From assembly GCA_963663275.1 (NCBI GenBank), contig OY760183.1:2144001-2208000 (forward strand): DNA of 64,000 bases, read 5' to 3'. Origin of the DNA: Chloroflexota bacterium (GTDB lineage: Bacteria > Chloroflexota > UBA11872 > VXOZ01). The number at the start of each line of letters is the position of its first letter. Within the stretch, counting starts at the first letter, position 1. The notes below the pieces were generated by a model, which made no database searches, was not told where the DNA came from, and saw nothing but the letters and a program-made list of their open reading frames with translations. The translations under genes were made by a program, and so were the position numbers. Shown here one piece after another: positions 1 to 10,506 of the stretch.

Positions 1-51
1 GCAATGACGGCCGGTCGAGCTTAATCCGTTGGCCGGCGCTGCGGTGAGCCC

Positions 52-125
52 GCGCAGGGTACAAACCTACGCTACCGGATGCTGGCCGACGAGTCTGCGC
101 AGGTTACAAACCTGCGCTACCGGAT
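52..125. repeat. Two GTAG-type REP-like palindromes (GCGCAGGTTACAAACCTGCGCTAC family)
   Basis: Near-identical copies start at 52 and 97; reverse-orientation copy at ~41797-41819; the CTA of the second copy is the stop codon of the 117..737 gene. Confidence 0.75.
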
Positions 126-737
126 CAGGGCCAGCGCCTCGTTGCGCGCTTCGGTGACTTTCTCATAGGCGGGGAGGCGGGCGCGCATCGCCTTCACCTC
201 CGCCGGGTCCTTGATGAAACCCAAGCTTGACCGGATGGTCGCCGCGCTTCCCTGCGCCGCGGCCTCCGCCAGGAGCACTGCCATGATAGCATCAGCCACC
301 AGATTGGGGTTGCCGTGCCGCGCGAGCCACAAGGCATGGCCGCTGGCGTCCACGCACGCGTCGGCGATGGCGAAGAGCACCTCCGTGGCGTCCACCGAGG
401 CGCGCTGGATGTGGGCCGAACGCGCCGCGCGCTCGGCCTCCGTGCCGCGCGGCATGGCGAATCCCGCGCCCACCGCGCCGTAGGCGTCGATGTCCTTTTG
501 AATCAACGCTTCAAGCGTCTGCTGGGTCTGGTTCAATTGCCCGATCCGCTCGTCTACCTCAGCCGCGATGGCGGCGTATTTCTTCCTGCCCCGGGTAAAG
601 TTGGCGACCATCGCCGCCAAACCGGCGGCCAGCGCGCCGACCAGGGCCGCCGCGCTGCCGCCGCCGGGCGTCGGCTCACCGGCGGCCAAGGCTTCCAGGT
701 AGGCATGAAGGCTCTGTTCCGTAATCAACGCGCTCAC
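117..737 (-). CDS. Cyclodeaminase/cyclohydrolase family (FTCD_C, FchA-like methenyl-THF cyclohydrolase)
   Basis: PTPGGGSAAALVGALAAGLAAMVANFT and GNPNLVAD motifs; directly downstream of purN. Confidence 0.85.
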   Translation of the reverse strand: MSALITEQSLHAYLEALAAGEPTPGGGSAAALVGALAAGLAAMVANFTRGRKKYAAIAAEVDERIGQLNQTQQTLEALIQKDIDAYGAVGAGFAMPRGTEAERAARSAHIQRASVDATEVLFAIADACVDASGHALWLARHGNPNLVADAIMAVLLAEAAAQGSAATIRSSLGFIKDPAEVKAMRARLPAYEKVTEARNEALALIR

Positions 738-758
738 ATCCTTTCCGTTCCTGCCGGC

Positions 759-1418
759 CTACGCCTCGGTCCACCAGAGCGCCGGTGTCGCGCCGGCTAT
801 GCGCACTCGATCATGCTCCACGCGCACCCGATCCTCGGCGAACCACTGCACCACCCGGGGCAGCAGGCGGTGTTCCTGCGCCAGGATGCGCTCGGCAAGG
901 GACTCCACGGTATCGTCCATGAGCACCGGCGCCGCGGCCTGGGCGATAATCGGACCGGCGTCTACCTCATCCGTCACAACGTGCACCGTGCAGCCGGCGA
1001 TCTTCACGCCGGCCGCCAGGGCGTCTTGCTGCGGTTTGGGGTTCATCCCTCCGGCAAAGGCCGGCAGCAAAGAGGGATGAATGTTGATGATCCGCCGCGG
1101 GTAGGCGCGCACCCAGTCCGCGGAGAGAATGCGGTCGAAGCCGGCCAGCACGATCAACTCCGCGCCGTGCCGCTGAACGCTTGCCAACATTGCCCGCTGC
1201 TGCGCCTCGCGGGAGGCATAGTCGCGCCGCTCCGCCGCGACCGTAGGGATGCCGGCAGCGCGCGCCCGCTCGATGCCCGGCGCGTCGGCGTGGTTGCTGA
1301 CGACCACGACGATTTCCGCGTCGAGGCGTTTCGCGCCAATCGCGTCGATAAGCGCCTGCAAGTTGCTCCCGCGACCGGAAATCAGCGCCGCGAGTCGTAA
1401 GGAGGTCTTCTTCGTCAC
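759..1418 (-). CDS. purN: Phosphoribosylglycinamide formyltransferase
   Basis: ISGRGSNLQA, NIHPSLLPAF, GCTVHVV..EVDAGPII motifs; start trimmed to GTG at 1418. Confidence 0.95.
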   Translation of the reverse strand: MTKKTSLRLAALISGRGSNLQALIDAIGAKRLDAEIVVVVSNHADAPGIERARAAGIPTVAAERRDYASREAQQRAMLASVQRHGAELIVLAGFDRILSADWVRAYPRRIINIHPSLLPAFAGGMNPKPQQDALAAGVKIAGCTVHVVTDEVDAGPIIAQAAAPVLMDDTVESLAERILAQEHRLLPRVVQWFAEDRVRVEHDRVRIAGATPALWWTEA

Positions 1419-1476
1419 TGATGATTGGCTGCCTCTCCGCTGCCCGCGCGATGAACGCCGGGCTACAACACGCAGG

Positions 1477-2508
1477 TCAACGCTCGATGACGACACGCGG
1501 CTCAGTGTCACAGTCCTCAATTGCGCCTATGCGGCAGATCGCCGGTTCGCGTTCCAGCGCCGTCGCCGCCTCGCGTTCATCGCAGATTATCACGAAGCCG
1601 ACGCCCATGTTGAAGACGCGGCACATTTCAGCGAACTCCACGCGCCCGCGCTCCTGAATGAGATGAAAAACCGGCGGCACGGGCCACGTTCCCCAGCGTA
1701 TGCGCGCCTGCGTTCCCGGCGGCAGGACGCGGGGAATGTTGTCGCGCAGCCCGCCGCCGGTGATGTGCGCCATGCCCTTTACATCCACTGTCTCCAGTAG
1801 CCGGTGCACCGGGCGCAAGTAGCTGGGATGCACGGCCAGCAGGGCGTCGGCCAGGGTAGTCCCCAGGGACGGCACGGGGGTCTCAAGCGAGTCTTCCGCA
1901 AAGACTCGGCGCGCCAGGGTATAGCCGTTCGTCTGCAAGCCGTTGCTCGGCAGGGCCAGCACCGCGTCTCCCGGCGCGATGCGCTCGCCGCTGACGATCC
2001 GCGCCTGCTCCACCACGCCCACGATCATGCCGGCGAGGTCGAAGTCTTCGCCGGCGTAGAGGTCGGGCATCTCCGCCAGTTCGCCGCCCAGCAGCGCGCA
2101 ACCGGCCGCCGCGCACGCCGCCGCCGCCCCGGCCACAACATCGCGCATCGCCTCAGGCGACACGCGGCCCACGCCGATGTAATCGAGAAAGAAGAGCGGC
2201 CGCGCCCCCAGGGTGAGAATGTCGTTGATGCAGTGGTTGACGATGTCCTGGCCGACCGTATCGTAGCGTCCCAGCAGCGCGGCGAGCTTTACCTTGGTGC
2301 CCACGCCGTCGGTGCTCGCCACCAGCACCGGTTCCGTGTAGTGCGCGGGAAAGCGGAAGAGACCGCCAAAACCGCCGATGCCGGTGAGCACCTCCGGCCC
2401 GTGGGTGGCCTCCACGTGGGGCTTGAAGAGGCGTACGGCCTCGGCGCCGGCGTCGATGTCTACACCGGCCTGCCGATACGTCGTAGAAGGGGGCTGAAGG
2501 TCACGCAT
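1477..2508 (-). CDS. purM: AIR synthetase
   Basis: YRQAGVDI, STDGVGTK, HITGGG, FNMGVG motifs. Confidence 0.96.
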   Translation of the reverse strand: MRDLQPPSTTYRQAGVDIDAGAEAVRLFKPHVEATHGPEVLTGIGGFGGLFRFPAHYTEPVLVASTDGVGTKVKLAALLGRYDTVGQDIVNHCINDILTLGARPLFFLDYIGVGRVSPEAMRDVVAGAAAACAAAGCALLGGELAEMPDLYAGEDFDLAGMIVGVVEQARIVSGERIAPGDAVLALPSNGLQTNGYTLARRVFAEDSLETPVPSLGTTLADALLAVHPSYLRPVHRLLETVDVKGMAHITGGGLRDNIPRVLPPGTQARIRWGTWPVPPVFHLIQERGRVEFAEMCRVFNMGVGFVIICDEREAATALEREPAICRIGAIEDCDTEPRVVIER

Positions 2509-2616
2509 GGCCCTGCGACAGCCAATCGAGGAGCGACGCCTTTACATAAGTGGCAGCCATCCGGCGTTTCCAGTCGGCGCGGCAATGCAAGACCCGCGCC
2601 TCATGTGCCAGGGGCC

Positions 2617-4071
2617 TCATGACACCGGCGCTCGCAGTTGCTCTAACGAGAGCTTGTCGAACTCCATCTGCACCGGTACCGGGTAGTCGCCGTTGAAGCA
2701 TGCCAGGCAGAATCGCCGGTAGGGGAGGCCCACGGCCTTCACGATGCCCTCGATGCTCAGATACCCCAGGCTATCCGCCTGGATGGCGTTACCGACGGCG
2801 GTTTCCGCCTCTTCCTGGGACTGAAACGCGGAAGCGATGATCTCGCCGCGCGTCGGCATGTCTACGCCCAGGAAGCAGGGATGGCGAATGGGCGGGGCGG
2901 CAATCCGCACGTGCACCTCGGCCACACCCGCCTGGCGCAGCATCTTGACGATTGGCAGAGTATTCGTGCCGCGCACGATCGAATCGTCAACCACCACCAC
3001 GCGCTGGCCTTCCAGCACTTCCGGCATGGGATTGTACTTCATGAGCGCGCCTTGGCGGCGCAACTGGTCGGTGGGCTGGATGAAGGTGCGGTGGATGTAG
3101 CGGTTGCGCACCAGGCCGTCGCGGAGCGGCAGGCCGCTCTCCTCGGCGTAGCCCTGGGCCGCGGCAATGGCGCACTCCGGCACGCCCATTACCAGGTCGG
3201 CGTCCGGCGCGGGCCGCTCGCGCGCCAGTTGGCGTCCCATCTCGCGCCGGGCATGGTAGAGCAGCCGGTCCTCGATGTACGAATCCGGCCGGGCAAGATA
3301 CATGAACTCGAACATGCAGACCGCCCGCTTCTCTACCGGTTGGATGCGATAGGACCGCAGCCCATCATCGCCGGCTGAAATCAGTTCGCCCGGCTCCAGT
3401 TCGCGCACGAATTCAGCGCCAACGGTGTTCAAAGCGCAACTCTCGGAAGCCACGACCCAGGAGCCGTCCATCGTTCCCAGGCACAGGGGGCGATTGCCCA
3501 ACGGATCACGCGCCGCCAGCAAGCGGTCGGTTGTCGCCATGACAAAACTATAGGAACCCACCAGCCGGGGCAGCGTATGCTGGAGTTTTTCAGTCCACGT
3601 GCCGCCCGGCGCGAGGGCAATCAGCCAGGCCGCAATCTCGCTGTCGGTAGAGGACGTGGGGCGCACGCCAAGGTCATCAAGATCGTCCAACAGCCGGTCC
3701 GCGTTGACCAGGTTGCCATTGTGGGCCAGCGCCAGAGGGCCGAGCGGGCCTTCCACGAATATGGGCTGGGAGTTATCCTCGCTGCTGGAGCCTTTGGTGG
3801 AGTAGCGCGTGTGCCCTACGGCCAGAATGCCCTGCAAGTCTTCCAAGATTTCTTCGGAAAAGACGTGGGAAACCAGCCCCATCCTGCGGTAGACCTGCAT
3901 CTGCTTGCCGTCGGCGCTGGCAATGCCGGCACTCTCTTGCCCGCGGTGCTGGAGCGCGTGCAGGCCGAAGTAGGTGAGTTTGGCTACGTCCAAGTCACGG
4001 CCGTAGATGCCGAAGACCCCGCACGCCTCACGGGGAGAGTCCGAATCGGCTTGCGCTGGTTTACGACCCAT
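2617..4071 (-). CDS. purF: Amidophosphoribosyltransferase
   Basis: Propeptide then CGVFG, LQHRGQESAG, GHTRYST, VVVDDSIVRG, FCLACF. Confidence 0.97.
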   Translation of the reverse strand: MGRKPAQADSDSPREACGVFGIYGRDLDVAKLTYFGLHALQHRGQESAGIASADGKQMQVYRRMGLVSHVFSEEILEDLQGILAVGHTRYSTKGSSSEDNSQPIFVEGPLGPLALAHNGNLVNADRLLDDLDDLGVRPTSSTDSEIAAWLIALAPGGTWTEKLQHTLPRLVGSYSFVMATTDRLLAARDPLGNRPLCLGTMDGSWVVASESCALNTVGAEFVRELEPGELISAGDDGLRSYRIQPVEKRAVCMFEFMYLARPDSYIEDRLLYHARREMGRQLARERPAPDADLVMGVPECAIAAAQGYAEESGLPLRDGLVRNRYIHRTFIQPTDQLRRQGALMKYNPMPEVLEGQRVVVVDDSIVRGTNTLPIVKMLRQAGVAEVHVRIAAPPIRHPCFLGVDMPTRGEIIASAFQSQEEAETAVGNAIQADSLGYLSIEGIVKAVGLPYRRFCLACFNGDYPVPVQMEFDKLSLEQLRAPVS

Positions 4072-4103
4072 AGCGTGCCTTGCCCCTCTCTACCGCAACG
4101 CGC

Positions 4104-6329
4104 TCATCCACCGTCCGCCGCCAGTGCTTCCGGTATTCCATTTTGCCACGCCCGGCGCGCTTGCGCCAGTGGCACGCGCACCGCGTCGCCGAGCGCCAGG
4201 TCGTCACCGCCTACCCGTCCGATGACGACGCAGGGCACACCGCGCGCGGCGGCGGCCGCGTTCACCGCCGCCAGGTTGCGCTCCGGCAGGCTGACGACGA
4301 TGCGCGACTGGCTCTCGCCGAAGAGCAGTCCATCTATCCGCCCGCTGCCCGGCAAGTCCGCCCGCACGCCCAGGCCCCCCGCGATGGCGCTCTCGGCGAG
4401 CGCGACGGCCAGGCCGCCCTGGGAGCAATCGTGGGCGCTGCTCAACTGGCCGTCGCGAATGAGTTGCCGGCAGACGGCCTGCACCCGGGCTTCCACGTCC
4501 AGGTCTATTGGCGGGGCGCGGCCCGCTACCCTGTCATGGATTACAGTGAGGTACTCGCTGCCGCCAAGATCATCGCTCGGCGGGCCCAGCAGCGCGATGA
4601 GGTCGCCTTCTTGTTTTAGGGCCGGCGTCGCGCTCTGTTTCGCGTCGTCCAGCTTGCCCACCATGCCGACCATGGGCGTCGGATAGATCGCTTGGCCGCG
4701 GGTCTCGTTGTAGAGGCTGACGTTGCCGCTGACGACCGGCACGCCCAAAGCCTCGCAGGCCGCGGCCATGCCGCGAATCACGCCCTCCAACTGGTAGTAG
4801 ACGTCGCTCTTCTCCGGATTGCCGAAGTTGAGGCAGTTGCTAAGGGCAAGCGGCTCCGCGCCGACGCAGGCCAGGTTGCGCGCCGCTTCCGCCACGGCGA
4901 TCGCGCCGCCCGCGAACGGCTCCAGATAGCAGTAGCGCCCGTTGCCGTCGATGGTGACGGCCAGTCCCAGCGGCGCACCTTTGACGCGCAGCACGGCGGC
5001 GTCTCCGCCCGGGCCCTGAACCGTATTGACCTGGACGCTATAGTCATACTGCTGATAGACGCTCTCCTTACTGGCGATGTTTGGGCTTGCCAGCAAGGAA
5101 AGCAGAACGTCGTTGTAATCTTGCGGCTCCGGCAGGGAATCCGGCTCGAAGGCGCGGGTCTCCCGCAAGTAGGCGGGCGGCGCGCCCTCCCGCGCGTAGG
5201 TGGGGGCGTCGGCGAGCAGGTGCGCGGGAATCTCCGCCGCCGCCTCCGCGCCGTGCCGCACGCGCACCACGCCGTCGTCCGTGACGGTGCCGATGACGGT
5301 GGAGTGCAATCCCCAGCGGGTGAAGATGGCCTCCACCTGCGCCTCCGCGCCGCGCCGCACGATGGCGAGCATGCGCTCCTGGCTTTCGCTCAGCATGATC
5401 TCGTAGGGAGTCATGCCTTCTTCACGGCAGGGCACACGGCTTACGTCGATGTCCACACCGCTTTCGCCCTTGTGCGCCGCTTCCACCGCCGAACTGGTCA
5501 AGCCGGCCGCGCCGAGGTCTTGCAAACCTACCAGGTAGTCGGTCTCGCCCAACTCCAGGCAGGCCTCGATGAGCAGTTTTTCCATAAAGGGGTCGCCCAC
5601 CTGCACCACGCCCCGGTGCGAAAGCTCCGGGTCGTCCAGAGAGGCGAACGACGCGCCGTGAATGCCGTCGCGTCCGGTCGCCGCGCCGACCAGCATCAAC
5701 GTATTGCCAGCGCCCCGGGCCCGCGCCCGAATGAGCTTCTCGTGGGGAATGAGGCCGACGCACATGGCGTTGACGAGCGGGTTGCCGTTATAGGACGGCG
5801 CGAAATTGACCTCGCCGCCCACGTCCGGGATGCCGACGCAGTTGCCGTAGTGGCTGATGCCGCCGACGACGCCGTTGAAGAGATAGCGGTTGCGCGCCTC
5901 CGCGAGCGGGCCGAAGCGCAGCGAGTTGAGCAGCGCGATGGGACGCGCGCCCATGGTGAAGATGTCCCGCACGATGCCGCCGACGCCGGTGGCCGCGCCC
6001 TGAAACGGCTCGACCGCGCTGGGATGATTGTGGCTCTCCACCTTGAAGACCACCGCCAGGCCGTGGCCGATGTCCACCGCGCCGGCGTTCTCTTCGCCCG
6101 CGCCGATGAGCACGTGCGTACCGGCGGTAGGCAACAGCTTCAAAAGGGGCCGGGAGTTCTTATAGCCGCAATGCTCGCTCCACATCGCGCCGAACATGCC
6201 CAGTTCGACGCGGTTCGGCGGGCGGCCAAGCTGGGCGCAGACGCGGTCGTACTCGCCGCGGGTGAGCGAGACTTCCCGCAGGTCGGCATCGGTTACGGCA
6301 CTTTCCACTTGAGACACGCAAATCCTCAC
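4104..6329 (-). CDS. purL: FGAM synthase subunit PurL
   Basis: MWSEHCGYK, KVESHNHPS, DLGAAGL, LSESQERM, HDCSQGG; exact start uncertain. Confidence 0.96.
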   Translation of the reverse strand: MRICVSQVESAVTDADLREVSLTRGEYDRVCAQLGRPPNRVELGMFGAMWSEHCGYKNSRPLLKLLPTAGTHVLIGAGEENAGAVDIGHGLAVVFKVESHNHPSAVEPFQGAATGVGGIVRDIFTMGARPIALLNSLRFGPLAEARNRYLFNGVVGGISHYGNCVGIPDVGGEVNFAPSYNGNPLVNAMCVGLIPHEKLIRARARGAGNTLMLVGAATGRDGIHGASFASLDDPELSHRGVVQVGDPFMEKLLIEACLELGETDYLVGLQDLGAAGLTSSAVEAAHKGESGVDIDVSRVPCREEGMTPYEIMLSESQERMLAIVRRGAEAQVEAIFTRWGLHSTVIGTVTDDGVVRVRHGAEAAAEIPAHLLADAPTYAREGAPPAYLRETRAFEPDSLPEPQDYNDVLLSLLASPNIASKESVYQQYDYSVQVNTVQGPGGDAAVLRVKGAPLGLAVTIDGNGRYCYLEPFAGGAIAVAEAARNLACVGAEPLALSNCLNFGNPEKSDVYYQLEGVIRGMAAACEALGVPVVSGNVSLYNETRGQAIYPTPMVGMVGKLDDAKQSATPALKQEGDLIALLGPPSDDLGGSEYLTVIHDRVAGRAPPIDLDVEARVQAVCRQLIRDGQLSSAHDCSQGGLAVALAESAIAGGLGVRADLPGSGRIDGLLFGESQSRIVVSLPERNLAAVNAAAAARGVPCVVIGRVGGDDLALGDAVRVPLAQARRAWQNGIPEALAADGG

Positions 6330-6441
6330 GGCGGCAATGGCAGGTCAATCAACGCCGGCGCTCGCGCCGGTGTGTTGGCGCCGCGCCAGACGGCAGCGAT
6401 GGTTCATCTATGCGCCAGGGGCGGCGCGAGCGCGCAGGCGA

Positions 6442-7149
6442 CTATGCCCGCAACGGCGCCGGGGTACGCGCGGCGGCCAGCGCCTGCCAGATGCCCAGCC
6501 CGTCGGCGCTGCCCAGCGCAGCCTCCGCGCAACGCTCCGGATGCGGCATCAAGGCGAACACGTTGCCGGCCTCGTTGCAGACCCCGGCGATGTTGTCCAC
6601 GGAGCCGTTGGGATTTGCCGCCGGCGTGACCGCGCCCGCCGCGTCGCAGTAGCGCAGGACAATCTGGCCGTTGTCCCTCATGCGGCTGAGCGTTTCCGGA
6701 TCGGCCACGTAGTTGCCGTCGCCGTGGGCAATCGGCATGCGCAGCACTTGGCCGGGCCGATAGTTTGCCATGAACGGCGACGCCGCGCTTTCCACGCGCA
6801 CATGCGTCCAGCGGCAGCGGAATTCGAGCGACCGGTTGCGCAGCAAGGCGCCGGGCACGAGTCCGGCCTCCGCCAGTATCTGAAAGCCGTTGCAGATGCC
6901 GAGCACCAGGCCGCCGTCGCGCGCGAACGCGGTTACGGCCTGCATCACCGGAGAGAAGCGCGCAATCGACCCGGAACGCAGGTAGTCCCCGTAGGAGAAG
7001 CCGCCCGGCAGCACCAGCGCGTCGTAGGGAGCGAGGTTTGTTTCCTGGTGCCAGATCAGATTCGCCTCTTGCCGCAGCACGGAGCGGACGACGTGGAGGC
7101 AATCGTAGTCGCAGTTGGAGCCGGGAAACTGGATGACGCCAATGCTCAC
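6442..7149 (-). CDS. purQ: FGAM synthase glutaminase subunit PurQ
   Basis: [31 protein letters not shown]; GTG start overlaps purS stop. Confidence 0.95.
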   Translation of the reverse strand: MSIGVIQFPGSNCDYDCLHVVRSVLRQEANLIWHQETNLAPYDALVLPGGFSYGDYLRSGSIARFSPVMQAVTAFARDGGLVLGICNGFQILAEAGLVPGALLRNRSLEFRCRWTHVRVESAASPFMANYRPGQVLRMPIAHGDGNYVADPETLSRMRDNGQIVLRYCDAAGAVTPAANPNGSVDNIAGVCNEAGNVFALMPHPERCAEAALGSADGLGIWQALAAARTPAPLRA

Positions 7150-7397
7150 GGGCCTGTCTCCAGGTCGAAGCGGTAGCTTTCGATGACCGGATTGGCCAGG
7201 AGTTGGCGGCACATGGCCTCGACTTCCGCGCGGGCCTGCTCGGCATCGCCCGTGCCCAGTTCCACCTCCAGGTACTTGCCCATCCGCACCGAGGCCACGT
7301 CCTCGAAGCCCAGGTGGTGCAGCGCGGTACGGATGGTGTTGCCCTGCGGGTCGAGCACCGTCGGCTTGTACGTGATGTAGATACGCGCCTTCGTCAC
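7146..7397 (-). CDS. purS: FGAM synthase subunit PurS
   Basis: [22 protein letters not shown]. Confidence 0.96.
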   Translation of the reverse strand: MTKARIYITYKPTVLDPQGNTIRTALHHLGFEDVASVRMGKYLEVELGTGDAEQARAEVEAMCRQLLANPVIESYRFDLETGP

Positions 7398-7475
7398 CGC
7401 CGTACAAACCCCGTCTCTATTCTATCAAGCAAGAGGTCGCAATCCGCCTGGCGCGCCACCGTGCCCGCGCCCCGC

Positions 7476-10361
7476 CTACTCATCGTCCTCGATGCGCCGT
7501 TGCAACTCTTCCAGGAGTTGCTGGTTCAACTCGAGTTGGTCTTGCATCAGCTCGTTCTGGCGTTGAAGGGCGTCGAGCAATTCCTGAACCGGCGTGCCGC
7601 TCGACGGAGTGGCCGACGGCGGGGGCGTGAGTTGTTGCGCCGGCGGCGTGGCCCCGGCCTGAGGCGTCACCGTTGGCTGGGCCGCCGCGGTCGGCGTCGG
7701 CAAGACAACGGGAGCGGGTGTGGCCGTGGGCGCGGCGGGAGTAGGCGTAGCGGCAGCGCCCGCGCCGCTGCCCGCGCCGCTGCCGCCGGTTGTCGCGGCG
7801 GTTCCAGTGAAAATCTCCTCGACGCCCGCGCCAAACAACTCTTGCAGTCCTTGCAGCACGCTCTCCGCCATCACGACGTTGGAGCCGTTGGCGATAATCA
7901 CGCGCTTGAGTTCCGGCAACTGGCCCTGCTCAGACTGGAGGTAGATCGGCTCCACGTACAAGTTCGACTGGCCGATCGGCACGACCAGCAGGTTACCGCG
8001 AATCACCCGCGAACCGCCCTGTCCCCAGAGCGTAAACTGCTGCGAGATCGTGGTATCCTGGTCGGCCCGCGCTTCGATCTGCATCGGCCCGAAGATCAGC
8101 TTGTCCTTGGGATACTTGAAAGCGAACAGCGAGCCGTAGCCCTCGGGGTCCGACCGGGCGGCCAGCCACGCTACCATATTGTCCTTCTGTATCGGCGTGT
8201 ACGGCATGATCAGAATGAACTCTTCGCGCGGGAACTCGGGTAGCCGCATGATGACGTAGTAAGGCCGCACGGGCACCTGGCCGCCGCCGTAGAGTTCGCG
8301 CGGCCGCGAGAACGCGTCCTCGCGGTTGTAGAAGATGTCCGGTTTCTGCATGTGGTAGAGCGAGTACAACTCCACCTGCACCTGGAACAGGAACGCCGGG
8401 TAGCGAATGTGCTGCAGGAGCGACGGCGGCATTGCGCTCAGCGGTTGGAAGAGGTCCGGGAACGCCTGCGAGTATGCCTGCAAAATCGGTTCGTCTTCCT
8501 CCACCGCATAGAGGCGGACGGAACCGTCATACGCGTTTACGGTCGCCTTCACGCTATTGCGGATGTAGTTGAACGCGCCGGCCAACGGCTGCGAGTACGG
8601 GTAGCGGTTGGTAAACGTATAAGCGTCCACAATCCAGAAGAGTTGGCCGTCGGCAACGACGATGTATGGATCCTGGTCAACGACGAGAAACGGCGCGACC
8701 GTAGCGACGCGCTCGCGCACCTGGCGGCGGTAGAGAAGTTGGCTATCGGGCATAAGCTCATCCGAAAGGAGGATGTTCACGTCCTTGAAGTGCCAGGCGT
8801 AGAGCAACTTGCGCAGATAAGTGCCGACTCCCACACCCGTGCGCGACTGGTAGGTGGAGCGGGCGTTGTCGTCTCCGCGCGGATAGTCGATTTCCTGGAT
8901 GCGCGCGTTGACAATAACATAGTCGAACGTCTTCTCACCGTAGTAGATTTCCGGTCGCTCGATGTCCATGATGCCGGTGGGCGGCACGTCCTTGAGGAAG
9001 AAAGCCGGCAGACCCTCCGGCGAAACCTCGTTGACGGGGCTCATCACCACGCCGTAGCCATGGGTGAACTGCAAGCGGCGGTTGACCCACGTTTGCGCCG
9101 AGCCGGGCAACTTCTCCGGTGAAAGCTCTCGCGCGCCAACCATCACCTGCCGATACTCGCCGTCCACGTAATAGCGGTCCACGTCCGCGTCCAGAATGTC
9201 GTAGTAGAGGCGGATGCTCTGCACCTGGTTATACGTGATCAGCAGCGGTTCGGGGTCCCACAGGCGGAAGTTGCGGACGGTGAGGGGATTGCCCACCAAC
9301 TCTTCCTGCGTCACCGCGGGCTCGCCCGGGTGTTCCATTTCCACAATGCGATTGAGACCGTAAGCCTCACGGGTAAACTCGATATTGTTCTCGATATAGG
9401 GGCGCTCGCGCTCTAATTCGTTCGGTTGCACTTCGAAGCGATGCGCCAAGCCGGGGTAGGCCCATCCGCCCACGACCAGCACCAGCAGCCAAAGTCCCAA
9501 ACCGCCGACCGGCAACCATTGGAGATTGAAAACGGCGCCGAGCACCAGGCCGATTGCGGCTATCACTGCCAATACAATGAGCACCTGCTGCACCGGCTGC
9601 ATGATGTTCGCGTCGATGTAACTCGCGCCGTAGGCCGCGCCGCGGGTGGAAAACTCCAGCGTGTGGAGGCTCAGCCAATGGCTCCACGCCACCAGCAAGA
9701 GCACGAAGAACCCGAGCACGGCAAGGTGAATGCGAATTGGCGCTCCGGCGACGATGCTGCGGGGAATCTCGCGCCGCTCGCCTTCGTCGTCTTCAGGCGA
9801 GATCATGTACGGCAGCACCAGACGGAAGCCGTAGGCAAAGACCGCTACTACCACCACCACGATGAAAGCGCGGATGAGCCAGCCTTGGGCAAATTCCAGC
9901 AGCGGAAGCGTGAAGACGAAGAATGAGAGGTCGCGGTTGAAGAGCGGATCGGTGATGTTGAATGGAATCGAGTTCTGGGCGCGCAGCACCGTATCCCACT
10001 GCCCGGCGGCAACCAGCCCAAAGATAACGGCCGCAATCACGCCTACGAGACCGGAAATGATCCGCGAGGCCTGCTCGGTCCGCCGCGCAGAAGTAGAGAG
10101 GAAATCCTCGCCGGTCGAGTAGGCCTGGCGCGCAACGATCTTCCGCACCAGGGCCATGTTGCCAAAGTACAGCACCCCGAAACCGACTAAACCCGCGGCA
10201 AAGAGGCCGATCTGCAAGGTGATGATGCGGGAAAAGACATCGGTGCGCTCCAGACTCTGGTACCACAGCCAATCGGCGATGATATTCGGCACGACGAGCA
10301 CCAGCGCGATGAACACGACGATGCCAACGAACACGCCGCCGATCACGGTATTGCGCTGCAT
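7476..10361 (-). CDS. UPF0182 family membrane protein with Pro/Thr/Ala-rich C-terminal tail
   Basis: Multiple TM helices, RLWDP, FTHGYG, YIRNSVK, GNLLVVP..YVEPIY motifs. Confidence 0.9.
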   Translation of the reverse strand: MQRNTVIGGVFVGIVVFIALVLVVPNIIADWLWYQSLERTDVFSRIITLQIGLFAAGLVGFGVLYFGNMALVRKIVARQAYSTGEDFLSTSARRTEQASRIISGLVGVIAAVIFGLVAAGQWDTVLRAQNSIPFNITDPLFNRDLSFFVFTLPLLEFAQGWLIRAFIVVVVVAVFAYGFRLVLPYMISPEDDEGERREIPRSIVAGAPIRIHLAVLGFFVLLLVAWSHWLSLHTLEFSTRGAAYGASYIDANIMQPVQQVLIVLAVIAAIGLVLGAVFNLQWLPVGGLGLWLLVLVVGGWAYPGLAHRFEVQPNELERERPYIENNIEFTREAYGLNRIVEMEHPGEPAVTQEELVGNPLTVRNFRLWDPEPLLITYNQVQSIRLYYDILDADVDRYYVDGEYRQVMVGARELSPEKLPGSAQTWVNRRLQFTHGYGVVMSPVNEVSPEGLPAFFLKDVPPTGIMDIERPEIYYGEKTFDYVIVNARIQEIDYPRGDDNARSTYQSRTGVGVGTYLRKLLYAWHFKDVNILLSDELMPDSQLLYRRQVRERVATVAPFLVVDQDPYIVVADGQLFWIVDAYTFTNRYPYSQPLAGAFNYIRNSVKATVNAYDGSVRLYAVEEDEPILQAYSQAFPDLFQPLSAMPPSLLQHIRYPAFLFQVQVELYSLYHMQKPDIFYNREDAFSRPRELYGGGQVPVRPYYVIMRLPEFPREEFILIMPYTPIQKDNMVAWLAARSDPEGYGSLFAFKYPKDKLIFGPMQIEARADQDTTISQQFTLWGQGGSRVIRGNLLVVPIGQSNLYVEPIYLQSEQGQLPELKRVIIANGSNVVMAESVLQGLQELFGAGVEEIFTGTAATTGGSGAGSGAGAAATPTPAAPTATPAPVVLPTPTAAAQPTVTPQAGATPPAQQLTPPPSATPSSGTPVQELLDALQRQNELMQDQLELNQQLLEELQRRIEDDE

Positions 10362-10506
10362 GGACTGTCCTCACTGTCTGCGTCGCGAAGCGGTTGATAC
10401 GGTATGCCGCATACCCGGCGCGGCGAAAAACGGCGCACTATCCTCATGCTCTTCCGGCACGCTGATAGTGCGCCCTAATGAACCGGACGTATAGCGTCTC
10501 TCGGCG

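Noticed and set aside
4692-6629. Long antisense ORFs (also 10687-12405, 56785-58539, 58572-60122, 60541-62082, 62238-63527)
   Set aside because: Shadows of real genes in high-GC DNA, with no recognisable motifs
6442-7407. 321-aa extended PurQ or PurS-PurQ fusion
   Set aside because: The extension is out of frame with purS; PurQ similarity begins at the GTG at 7149
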